Assembly (NCBI RefSeq): GCF_000091665.1
Contig: NC_000909.1
Location: 996,629-1,028,628, forward strand
Direction of reading: 5' to 3'
From: Methanocaldococcus jannaschii DSM 2661
GTDB lineage: Archaea; AGJL01; Methanococci; Methanococcales; Methanocaldococcaceae
DNA: 32,000 nucleotides
Positions 1 through 9,277 of this stretch are shown in pieces. The position numbers and the translations under genes are program-made. The notes under the pieces were generated by a model. It was given only the letters and a program-made list of their open reading frames with translations. It had not been told where the DNA came from and made no database searches. Positions within the stretch are counted from its first letter, which is position 1; each line of letters starts with the position of its first letter.

Positions 1-753
1 TTTATAATCGTTTTAGATAATCCAAATAATAAAAAAGCAGAGGAAATTATTAAAGAATATCAACAGAAAGATAAAAGAATTATTTTTATAAAAAATGAAA
101 GAAATTTAGGTAGAGGAGCCAGTAGAAATAAAGCTGTTAATATAGCAAGGGGGAAGTATATTGCCATATTAGACGCTGATGATATTGCATTACCTAAAAG
201 ATTAGAAAAACAATTTAAATATATGGAAAATAATAGAGACATTGATTTATTGTTTAGCTGGGTTTATTTTATTGATGAAAATGGAAATATTTTAAAAGAG
301 TTTAAGCCAGAAAAATATAAATTTAAAGAAATTAAAAAATATTTTTTCAAAGAACATTTAACTGTTCATCCATCTATGATGGTAAAGAGTAAAATCTTAA
401 AGAAATTAAAATACGATGAGAAATTAATTAGGTCTCAAGACTACGATTTTTGGATTAGATGTATAGCCAATGATTACAAATTTGACATAATTGAGGAATT
501 TTTATTAAAATATAGAATTCCAAATAGAGACAATTATTTAAGCAGAATCAAAAAACAAAAATTATATTCTTACTATACCTTAAAAACACATTGGAAAAAT
601 AAAAAACATTTCTGCAACAATGTTTATTTTTGGAAAGTATTTTTTTATAGTTTGGTAGTATATTTATTTATCGTATTAACGCCAACATTTATTTTAAAGA
701 TTTTAATCGATATAAAAGATAAAAAGACTGAAATTAGTACGAAAGGACATTAA
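1..753 (+). CDS. Family-2 (GT-A fold) glycosyltransferase, 5' end outside window
   Basis: Frame 1 is open from base 1 (FIIVLDNPNNKKAEEIIKEYQQKDKRIIFIKNERNLGRGASRNKAVNIARGKYIAILDADDIALPKRL...), so the track's Met at 223 is internal. It has the GT2 nucleotide-binding pattern with the LDADD (DXD) motif and a hydrophobic C-terminal helix. Confidence 0.85.
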   Translation, partial: FIIVLDNPNNKKAEEIIKEYQQKDKRIIFIKNERNLGRGASRNKAVNIARGKYIAILDADDIALPKRLEKQFKYMENNRDIDLLFSWVYFIDENGNILKEFKPEKYKFKEIKKYFFKEHLTVHPSMMVKSKILKKLKYDEKLIRSQDYDFWIRCIANDYKFDIIEEFLLKYRIPNRDNYLSRIKKQKLYSYYTLKTHWKNKKHFCNNVYFWKVFFYSLVVYLFIVLTPTFILKILIDIKDKKTEISTKGH

Positions 754-763
754 AGGTGGAATT

Positions 764-2593
764 ATGGTTAAAATCTTAGGAGTAAAATATTTTTTACATG
801 ATAGTGGTGTTTTTTATATTGATACAAAGAATAAGGAGATTTTTGGAATCTTAACTGAAAGAGTTACGAGAATAAAGCATGATGGTGGGACAGTAATTCC
901 AATACTAAATGAATACCCAAAATTAAAAAATATAGATTATGTGGCATATCCCTTTGAACAAACTAATTTAGATTTTATATTATTCAAACATATAGATGAC
1001 TATATAAAGAGAACATATAAGCCCAAATATATTAAAGAATATGCTAAATACAAAAAAGAGTTATCACAAAATAAAACTAAGTTTGTTTTAAACAACATAT
1101 ATAGACCATTTATTTGGGAGATACTGGCTGTTTATGGATTAAGGAAGTTGTTATTTAAAAGATTTAATAACATATATAATAAATTAGGAAACTTAGCTAT
1201 AAAAAGAGAATTGAAAAAAATTTTTAGAAAAGATGTTTCGTTGTATGAGCATCATTTATGTCATGCAGCTTCAGCATACTATTTTAGTCCATTCTTTCCA
1301 AAAGAGACCTTGGTTTTTACTCTTGATGGAATAGGGGACTGGAAATATCATAGTTTATGGTTATTTAAAGAATATGATTATAGATTAGTATCCTATTCTA
1401 GTTTTGATATTATTTGTTATGATGATGTGGAAGGTATATTTAAAGGAGCTTCAATTGGGCATATATATTCTCTATTCACTGAAATTTTAGGTTTTACACC
1501 AAATTCTGATGAAGGAAAAACAGAAGCACTAGCTGCTTATGGAAAGCCTAATGGGGAATTATATAATTTATTAAAAAAAGGATACAAAATAAATAAAGAA
1601 AAACTTAGATGGGAACACGATATAAACATACTTAAAAAATTACATAATAAACAATACTTACAAAAATGGAAAGAAAAAATAGGTGATGAAAATTTTGCAG
1701 CAACCATTCAAAGATGGCTAGAAGATACTGTTGTTGAATACTTAAATATTGTCTATGAAAAATTTAAAATACAGAGACTTGCAATGGCAGGTGGTGTGGT
1801 AGCAAATGTTATTATGAATTTGAATATTTTTGAAAGAACTCCATTTGAAGAACTCTATATATTTCCAGCAATGGGTGATGATGGAGTAGCAGCGGGGGCT
1901 GCGATATTAAAGGCTGTAGAATTAGGTGAAGATATCTCATGGTTAAAAGATTTAGAAATGCCTTATTGGGGACCTAATTACTCAAGAGAAGACGTAGAAA
2001 AAGAGTTAAAAAAAGATAAATGGAAAGATAAAATAACTTACGAATATATAGGTGAAAAATGGCCTGAAATTGCTGCTGAGATGATTGCAAAAGGTAATAT
2101 AATAGCTGTTTATCAAGGAAAAATGGAGTTTGGACCAAGGGCATTAGGAAATAGAAGTATATTAGCAGATCCAAGAGATCCTAAGACAAGAGATAAAATA
2201 AATTCTACTGTTAAAAGGAGACCATGGTTTCAACCATTTTGTCCTTCTGTTTTAGAAGAAGAAAGAGAAAGATTATTTGAAAAGTCTTATAAACATAAAC
2301 ATATGGCAATAGCGTTCAGAATGAAAAAAGAATTTTGGGATAAGTTACCTTCTGCAATGCATATAGACGGAACAGCGAGACCACAATTCGTTGAAGAAAA
2401 AGATAACCCAAATTACTATAGATTACTAAAAAAATTCAAGGAGATTACTGGTTATGGAATTGTTATAAACACATCTTTTAATTTGCATGGAAGAACAATT
2501 GTTAGAACTCCTGAGGATGCAATAACTGATTTCATTGATTGTAATATTGACGCAATGTTTATTGAAGGTTATTTAGTAAAGAGAAAAATATAA
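764..2593 (+). CDS. NodU/CmcH-family carbamoyltransferase
   Basis: 609 aa with family motifs HHLCHAASAYYFSPF, GPRALGNRSILADPR, KRRPWFQPFCPSV and NTSFNLHG. An AGGTGGA SD lies just upstream of the ATG, 10 nt after the GT2 stop. Confidence 0.85.
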   Translation: MVKILGVKYFLHDSGVFYIDTKNKEIFGILTERVTRIKHDGGTVIPILNEYPKLKNIDYVAYPFEQTNLDFILFKHIDDYIKRTYKPKYIKEYAKYKKELSQNKTKFVLNNIYRPFIWEILAVYGLRKLLFKRFNNIYNKLGNLAIKRELKKIFRKDVSLYEHHLCHAASAYYFSPFFPKETLVFTLDGIGDWKYHSLWLFKEYDYRLVSYSSFDIICYDDVEGIFKGASIGHIYSLFTEILGFTPNSDEGKTEALAAYGKPNGELYNLLKKGYKINKEKLRWEHDINILKKLHNKQYLQKWKEKIGDENFAATIQRWLEDTVVEYLNIVYEKFKIQRLAMAGGVVANVIMNLNIFERTPFEELYIFPAMGDDGVAAGAAILKAVELGEDISWLKDLEMPYWGPNYSREDVEKELKKDKWKDKITYEYIGEKWPEIAAEMIAKGNIIAVYQGKMEFGPRALGNRSILADPRDPKTRDKINSTVKRRPWFQPFCPSVLEEERERLFEKSYKHKHMAIAFRMKKEFWDKLPSAMHIDGTARPQFVEEKDNPNYYRLLKKFKEITGYGIVINTSFNLHGRTIVRTPEDAITDFIDCNIDAMFIEGYLVKRKI

Positions 2594-2609
2594 AAGTTGA
2601 GGGATTAGA

Positions 2610-3830
2610 ATGTCCAACAAAAAGAAACAATTAACTGTAATGGGGACTGTTTGGGATTTCTGGTCAGTGTTAAAAATGTTTGACAAACTTTATGAATCAA
2701 AATATATTTCATTTTATGAGCCATGGTTAAAGGGCGAAATTGACAAAGAAAAGATAATACTATTTAACGAAAAATCTAAAAATCCTCTACTTTGGCCGTT
2801 TAAAATTTTAAAAAGAACTTATAAGATACTAAAAATTATTAGAGAATTCAAGCCAGATTTAGTTATAACCCATCATGATGATGCAAATGTTTCAATAATT
2901 CCAGTAATATTATTAAATAAAATTTTTAAAATATCCAACAATACTAAATTTATTTTATGGGTTAGGAACAACCCAATAGAATCATATAAAGAAGGTCTTT
3001 ATTCTAAAATTATTATACTGGCATATAAATATTTTTATAAATATGCAGATATTATAATTGTTCAAACACAGGAAAATAAGAAAATAATAGAATCTCATTT
3101 TAAATCATTAAAAAATAAAACTAAAATTGTTCCGAATGTTTATGAAATTGATAAACTTCAACAACTATCTAACGAACCATTGGAAAAACAATATCGAAAT
3201 ATCTTTAAAGATTCTTTTGTATTTATAAATATTGGAAGATTAACCGAACAAAAAGGACAGTGGTTTTTAATCAGAAGTTTTAAAAGGGTTACTGAAAAAT
3301 ACCCAAACGCTAAACTAATAATTCTTGGAGATGGGGAGTTAAAAAATAAACTTCAAGAATTAATAAATAAATTAAACTTACAAAATAATGTTTATCTTTT
3401 AGGCATGCAGAAGAATCCATTCAAATTTTTAAAGCATTCGAATTGTTTTGTTTTCTCATCTTTGTGGGAGGGATTACCAAACACTGTTATAGAGGCGTTA
3501 TCGTTAAACCTCCCTGTAATATCAACTGATTGTAAAACTGGTCCAAGGGAAATCTTATGCCCAGAGTTAAATATAAGTGATAAAATCGATTATCCTTATT
3601 ATGGAAAGTATGGGATATTAACTAAACCATTTTCAAGAGAGTTTATATGGCAAGATTTAAATGAAAAACCTTTAATCGAAGAAGAGAAAATGTTAGCTGA
3701 TTTAATGATTAAGATGATTGAAGATGAAGATTTGAGAAAGAGATATTCTAATGGGTTAGAAAGAGCTAAGGATTTTGACATTGAAAAGATAATTAAAGAA
3801 TGGAAACTATTAATTGAGGGAACAATATGA
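2610..3830 (+). CDS. GT-B glycosyltransferase, family 4 type
   Basis: 406 aa with GRLTEQKG and SSLWEGLPNTVIEALSLNLPVISTD (EX7E region) motifs. A GAGGGA SD lies upstream. Confidence 0.85.
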   Translation: MSNKKKQLTVMGTVWDFWSVLKMFDKLYESKYISFYEPWLKGEIDKEKIILFNEKSKNPLLWPFKILKRTYKILKIIREFKPDLVITHHDDANVSIIPVILLNKIFKISNNTKFILWVRNNPIESYKEGLYSKIIILAYKYFYKYADIIIVQTQENKKIIESHFKSLKNKTKIVPNVYEIDKLQQLSNEPLEKQYRNIFKDSFVFINIGRLTEQKGQWFLIRSFKRVTEKYPNAKLIILGDGELKNKLQELINKLNLQNNVYLLGMQKNPFKFLKHSNCFVFSSLWEGLPNTVIEALSLNLPVISTDCKTGPREILCPELNISDKIDYPYYGKYGILTKPFSREFIWQDLNEKPLIEEEKMLADLMIKMIEDEDLRKRYSNGLERAKDFDIEKIIKEWKLLIEGTI

Positions 3831-5440
3831 TTGTAGAAATATATAACTTTAATTTCATTAGAATTAACGAAAAAGAAATAAAATTATTTTATAACACATA
3901 TCCACCATTAAAAAAATTAGAGTGTTATCTTGATTTTATAAAGGAGTTAGTATCTAACTCATACAAAAATAACAAATTTATTAAAAAGGATGAGTTTGAG
4001 CATTTAGTATATAACACTTTCTTATATTTTTTAATTAATTGGGATAACCTATATCACACAAATCAAATGCCATTCTATATCTGGTATAATTTTAAAGAAA
4101 GAGTTGATGATATATTAAAATCAGAAAAAGATATAACATTTATTTTAAATCAGAAATATGTAAATATTGATTATTTTGGAAAATATTTAAAAAAATTTAC
4201 CAATAATATAAAATCAAAAAATAAAAATAGAATAGTGGATTATATTATGGAAAATTTTCAAGGTAATTTAATTATGCTATATTTTTTAGTTAGAAAAATA
4301 ATAATGAACAAAAATAACAATTACAGGTTTGATATATTATTTATAACAGATTACGACAGATATTATGGAAATAATAGATTTTTTGGTAATCATTTATTTA
4401 AGAATGAAGAGTTTAAAAAACTATTAAAAAATTTTGATATTAATTTAACAGATAAGAATTACTCAATTTTATTTACTAAGTATAATTTTATCAATTTGCC
4501 AAAATATATTAAAGATTACTATAAAAAGAGACAAGATTACCTATTTATTGAAGATATTTTAAATTTAAAGTTGGGTTTTGATATATTGCTAAACTCTTCT
4601 AAAATTTTTAAAAAAGTAAATTTAACTAACTACAATGATGAACATGAAAAGTTTATTCATACAATGTTTAATATATTCTTAAAACATAAATTACCTTTTG
4701 TTTTATGGTTCTATTTATCTATAAAGGATTATATCTCAAAAACCAATATTAAATGTATTGTTGGGGACTCTGAAAGAAACTTCATGTTTTATCTGTGCAA
4801 TATTTATAGGTTGTGGAGAAAAAATATAAAAACTATCGCCTTTAGTCATGAGGTAATTAACAATAACTATATCCATCTTCCAATATCGGAAAAATATAGT
4901 TGTATTCCAGATTGTAAATTAGTTTGGAACGAAAATATAAAAAAACTCTTAATTGATAAATATAACTTTCCGAAAGATAAAGTTATTGTCTTTCCAGACC
5001 CAAGATTCTTATATTGGAAAAAATATCCTAAAAAAGAAAAAACGATATTATTTGTATCTCAAGGTTATCCTGAATTTTATGAAGAGATATTTAATACTTT
5101 TAGAGATAAAAAATTAATAAATACTTTAATCGAACATGGTTATTCTTTCTACTTTAAACCTCATCCTGGAGAGTATTTGAATGATTTCTCAATTAGAGAG
5201 TTAGAAAAATTAAAAAACATAAAAGAAATAAAAATAATAAATGGACTTAATTTTGTTCCAGAATATACAATAGGGATGAGTTCAACAATGATTTATGAAC
5301 TTTTAAATGCTGGAAGTAAAAGTTTCTTCTTAGAATCCAATGCAAAAGAAACATTTATGATGGATGATAAAGAATTTAAAAAATATTTTAGAAAAAATTT
5401 AAAGGAAATATTTTTTGAAATTTTAAATAAACAATTATAA
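3827..5440 (+). CDS. Uncharacterised 537-aa protein whose C-terminal third resembles a GT-B half-domain with an HP motif
   Basis: A 537-codon open frame in extremely AT-rich DNA cannot arise by chance. The start overlaps the GT4 stop (ATGA). The C-terminal region ILFVSQGYPEFYEE...YFKPHPGEY...IGMSSTMIYELLNAGSKSFFL looks like a nucleotide-sugar-binding Rossmann half. The N-terminal 330 aa have no motif I recognise. Confidence 0.6.
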   Translation: MIVEIYNFNFIRINEKEIKLFYNTYPPLKKLECYLDFIKELVSNSYKNNKFIKKDEFEHLVYNTFLYFLINWDNLYHTNQMPFYIWYNFKERVDDILKSEKDITFILNQKYVNIDYFGKYLKKFTNNIKSKNKNRIVDYIMENFQGNLIMLYFLVRKIIMNKNNNYRFDILFITDYDRYYGNNRFFGNHLFKNEEFKKLLKNFDINLTDKNYSILFTKYNFINLPKYIKDYYKKRQDYLFIEDILNLKLGFDILLNSSKIFKKVNLTNYNDEHEKFIHTMFNIFLKHKLPFVLWFYLSIKDYISKTNIKCIVGDSERNFMFYLCNIYRLWRKNIKTIAFSHEVINNNYIHLPISEKYSCIPDCKLVWNENIKKLLIDKYNFPKDKVIVFPDPRFLYWKKYPKKEKTILFVSQGYPEFYEEIFNTFRDKKLINTLIEHGYSFYFKPHPGEYLNDFSIRELEKLKNIKEIKIINGLNFVPEYTIGMSSTMIYELLNAGSKSFFLESNAKETFMMDDKEFKKYFRKNLKEIFFEILNKQL

Positions 5441-6436
5441 ATAACTAATTTCTTTTAATATTTTTTTAATTTTCTCTTTATTTAAAAATTTGGCATCCTT
5501 CGAATTATAAATTATCTTATTATTTTTATTTCCATCTACTCCATAAGGATAAACAACAAACATATCTTCTAACTCTTCTAAGTTATAAATTTCTTCTTCG
5601 ATAATTAACTCTTCATATAGTTTTTCACCAGGCCTCTTTCCAATAATTTTAATTTCAATATCTTCTGGTTTATATCCATATTTTGGAGCGAGTTCCTCAA
5701 TAACAACCTCAATTAAATCTTTAATTCTAACAGAAGGCATTTTTAAAATGAATATTTCCCCACCTTTAGCCAAATAACAAGCTTTTAAAACTAATTTAAC
5801 AGCTTCATTAATAGACATTATAAATCTTGTCATATCTGGATGGGTTAAAGTTACAGGCCCTCCTTTTTTTATTTGTTCTTTTAGTAATGGCAGTATGGAA
5901 CCTCTTGAATTTAGAACATTTCCAAATCTAACAACAGAAAAAGCCGTTTTTCTCTTTCCTTTATATAAATTTGCTGAAATTGTTAATCTTTCAGCCAATA
6001 ATTTGGTAGCGCCCATAACATTTACTGGATTTACTGCCTTGTCTGTGCTTATTGTTATAAATTTTTCAACTTCTTCATCCATTGCTACTTCAATCAAATT
6101 TTGAGTTCCAATAACGTTAGTTTTTACAGCTTCAAATGGGTTGTATTCGCAGAGGGGAACGTGCTTTAATGCAGCTGCATGGAATACAACATCTACCTCC
6201 TCAATAGCTCTTTTTAACCTATCCTTATCCCTAACATCCCCAATAAAACATCTAATTTTCTCTGAATTTAGCTCATGTTCTAATTCAAACAATGCAGTTT
6301 CATTTATATCTAATACTCTAATTGTTTTTGGATTAAATTTTAATAATGTTTTTACTATTTCTTTACCTATTGAGCCAGTTCCTCCTGTAACGAGAATAGT
6401 TTTATCTTTATAAAAATTTGATATATCTTGAAACAT
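5435..6436 (-). CDS. pseB: UDP-GlcNAc 4,6-dehydratase, short CapD/FlaA1/PseB type
   Basis: 333 aa with an N-terminal Rossmann motif (ILVTGGTGSIGKEI) and an SDR extended-family layout. An AGGTGA SD lies 5 nt upstream. It is the last gene of the Pse-type operon. Confidence 0.8.
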   Translation of the reverse strand: MFQDISNFYKDKTILVTGGTGSIGKEIVKTLLKFNPKTIRVLDINETALFELEHELNSEKIRCFIGDVRDKDRLKRAIEEVDVVFHAAALKHVPLCEYNPFEAVKTNVIGTQNLIEVAMDEEVEKFITISTDKAVNPVNVMGATKLLAERLTISANLYKGKRKTAFSVVRFGNVLNSRGSILPLLKEQIKKGGPVTLTHPDMTRFIMSINEAVKLVLKACYLAKGGEIFILKMPSVRIKDLIEVVIEELAPKYGYKPEDIEIKIIGKRPGEKLYEELIIEEEIYNLEELEDMFVVYPYGVDGNKNNKIIYNSKDAKFLNKEKIKKILKEISYL

Positions 6437-6448
6437 TTTTTCACCTTA

Positions 6449-7903
6449 TTATAAATTCACTTCGTATATCCATTCGTTTTCTCTACCTTTTTTAGTTTTT
6501 TTGAATCCTAATGATTCAAAAAGTTTAATGGATCGAATGTTGTTTTCTAATATTCTCGCATGTGCTTTTTTATATCCTATATTTTTCAACCACTTAAGCA
6601 CGAGTGAAACTGAATGTCTTCCAATATGTTTACCCCATAAAAAGAACTCCCCAATGAGTATTCCAATTTCTGGATTATCAGTATTCAATTGTGAAACATT
6701 TACACTACCTACTTTTCTAATTGTATTATTTTCTCTAAGTAGTATTATCCAATCTACCCTATTCTCACGAGACATCCACCAAGAATAGTGTTCTTCCCAC
6801 TTTAGGGGTTCTTTTTGAATATAAAAAAATTTATATATTAATGGATTAGATCTCCATGCCATTAAAAGTTCGAGATCATTATCGGTAATTTGTCTAATTA
6901 TAATTTTGGAATCTTCACCAATTTTTTTACAATTATATATATTAGTTATAGCTTCAATAATCTCAAATTTCCCTTTTCCTATATGTAAATCAGTATGCTC
7001 TGCATCTATAAAATATCCTTCTTTTAAAGGATTCAAATGAGTTTTAGATATTTTCTTTAAATAATCATCATAACATTCTCTTTGTAATTCATTTTGATAT
7101 AAAACGACCACTGGAATCCCTAAGAATAGTGCTTCAAACATCGTCATTCCTGGTGATGTTATAATTAAATCATTATCTTTCATAAGTTCAGCCATATTAT
7201 CTATATTTTTGTAGATTTTTATTTTATCTGATTTACTATACCTTTTTAATAAATTATTCAATTCGTCTTCATATTGGAACTTAGGTCCAAGAACAACGTT
7301 AATATTAAAATCTCTATCTTTAGACAGAAGCTCTTCTAATACCTTACAGGTTAAATTTGATGGATCACTTCCACCAAAAGCTATTAATATGTTTTTTGTC
7401 TCTTTATTTTTACTTCTACTCAACATTTCTTTTTTAACCTTATAAAACTCATTTCTTAAAATCAAATACTTCGGTCCATAAAAATATAAAGTTTTATTTT
7501 CTTCATCAAAATATTTTCTGTTTTTTAATTCACTTCCAACTATTGCATTAACCACAATATCAGCATATTTATTTGATGAAGGATTTGGATTATCAAAAAA
7601 TATCAATTTTTTGCATAATTCTCTTATATTCTTTGCGAAATCCTCTTCAATACCTAAATCATCAATAATAACAACATCTGGCTTTATATTTTTAATGTTT
7701 TTTAAGATATCATTATTATCGCTACATTTTATAACTTTAAAGCCATTTTCTTCTATTTTTTTAATCACATCCTCATCACTTTTCGTAAAGAATATAATTT
7801 CATTAACATTAAACTTTCTTAGTTCATTTGCTAATGATAATGTCCTATAAACATGCCCCATCCCCATCTCAACACTGCCATCAGTAATGATAGCAATCTT
7901 CAT
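6449..7903 (-). CDS. pseG: Fusion protein: PseG-like UDP-sugar hydrolase domain plus C-terminal GNAT (PseH-like) N-acetyltransferase domain
   Basis: aa 1-330 carry MKIAIITDGSVEMGMGHVYRTLSLANEL, ILIAFGGSDPSNLT and LIITSPGMTMFEALFLGIPVVVL (PseG/SpsG pattern). aa 335-484 carry LELLMAWRSNPLIYKFF...WEEHYSWW...GKHIGRHSV...ARILENNIRSIKLFESLGF (GNAT, PseH-like signature). The ATG overlaps the upstream stop (ATGA). Confidence 0.75.
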   Translation of the reverse strand: MKIAIITDGSVEMGMGHVYRTLSLANELRKFNVNEIIFFTKSDEDVIKKIEENGFKVIKCSDNNDILKNIKNIKPDVVIIDDLGIEEDFAKNIRELCKKLIFFDNPNPSSNKYADIVVNAIVGSELKNRKYFDEENKTLYFYGPKYLILRNEFYKVKKEMLSRSKNKETKNILIAFGGSDPSNLTCKVLEELLSKDRDFNINVVLGPKFQYEDELNNLLKRYSKSDKIKIYKNIDNMAELMKDNDLIITSPGMTMFEALFLGIPVVVLYQNELQRECYDDYLKKISKTHLNPLKEGYFIDAEHTDLHIGKGKFEIIEAITNIYNCKKIGEDSKIIIRQITDNDLELLMAWRSNPLIYKFFYIQKEPLKWEEHYSWWMSRENRVDWIILLRENNTIRKVGSVNVSQLNTDNPEIGILIGEFFLWGKHIGRHSVSLVLKWLKNIGYKKAHARILENNIRSIKLFESLGFKKTKKGRENEWIYEVNL

Positions 7904-8631
7904 TCCTCCACCTCTCTATATGATTTTTGTCTTACATTTGAATTTATATTTTTTATTTGAGGGTTTTTATCTAAAAAATCTATAATTTGTCTAATATCTA
8001 CATTAATCAAATCAAAATGTTTTTGTAATTCTAAATAAAGTTTAAAGTCCTTTATAGTATCAATTGTTAATCTAATACCCTCTCTTTTGAGATATTCTGG
8101 AGGTTCTAAATAAAAAACCTTAAATAAATTTGGATTTTCATAAATATAAGGAGTTACATGTTCTCTTTGATATTTCTCTTTTGCATTTTTCCATGCTTTC
8201 TCTAATGCATCAAAGGTAAAAACCTCACTACTTAAACCCAAAATAATATTTTTTGTTGATACATAATCAAAATTATTTTTTAATAAATATTCGACTTGTT
8301 TATCGATTAATTCAATAGATGTTAGTGGATTATCCCCAGTTATCCTAACGATAACATCCCCACTATAAAACTTAGATGCATTATAAAACCTATCCAACAC
8401 ATCCTTTTCAGAACCTCTAAAAACATTGACTCCTAAACTATTACAAAGCTCTACAATTGCATTATCTTCTTTTTTAATTGTTGTTGCGACAATAATATCA
8501 TCTAATTTTTTAGATTTTTTTAATCTTTCTAAGAGAATCTCTAAAATACATCTATCGCCAAGTTTCAATAATACCTTATTTTTTAATCGTTTTGAACCTG
8601 TTCTTGCTTGGATTATACCTATTATTTTCAT
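7900..8631 (-). CDS. pseF: Nonulosonic-acid cytidylyltransferase (SpsF/PseF/NeuA-like)
   Basis: 243 aa with the N-terminal IIQARTGSKRLKNKVL cytidylyltransferase motif. The ATG lies 1 nt after the upstream stop. Confidence 0.75.
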   Translation of the reverse strand: MKIIGIIQARTGSKRLKNKVLLKLGDRCILEILLERLKKSKKLDDIIVATTIKKEDNAIVELCNSLGVNVFRGSEKDVLDRFYNASKFYSGDVIVRITGDNPLTSIELIDKQVEYLLKNNFDYVSTKNIILGLSSEVFTFDALEKAWKNAKEKYQREHVTPYIYENPNLFKVFYLEPPEYLKREGIRLTIDTIKDFKLYLELQKHFDLINVDIRQIIDFLDKNPQIKNINSNVRQKSYREVEE

Positions 8632-8632
8632 G

Positions 8633-9277
8633 TTATTCCCTCTTCTTTATAACTCTTGCAGGAACTCCAACAGCTACTGAATATGGGGGAATATCTCTTG
8701 TAACAACACTTCCAGCTCCAATAACAGCCCCTTCCCCAATTTTAACCCCTTTTAATATTTTAACTCCTGTTCCAATCCAAACATCATCTCCAATTTCAAT
8801 AGGCTCTGAGACCATTTTCTGATTCCTTATTAATTCTCCTTTTTTAAATCCATGGTCTCCATCAATAATATGAACATGACTTGAAATTAAAACATTACTA
8901 CCAATTGTTATTTTTTTAGTAGCATTTATTATTGAAAATGAACCAATTCCACAATTATCTCCAATCTCTAAAATCCCCTCTTCAAAAACGTTTAATCTAA
9001 CATACGGTTCACAGTGAAAGTTCTCTCCAATAATGATTTTTCCATTGCCTCTTGCTGCTATTTCTACATCCCTTAAAAGAATCCCACTTTTGATTATTAT
9101 AGTAGAGCTGTCATATTTTCTAATATGGATTTTTCCAAAATTATGAACCTTCAAAGGATTTATACCAAAAATAGACAAATATATCTTCCCAAAAACAAAA
9201 GAAGGGGCAAATTCCAAAGCCCTCATAATTTTTTTTGGATCTTTTAAAGTGTTTTTTAACAATTTAATCATGCTCAA
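8633..9277 (-). CDS. Hexapeptide-repeat (left-handed beta-helix) acetyltransferase
   Basis: C-terminal hexapeptide repeats [49 protein letters not shown]. The track start at 9277 is TTG. An ATG at 9271 (MIKLLKN...), 2 nt after the upstream TGA, is an equally plausible start. Confidence 0.8.
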
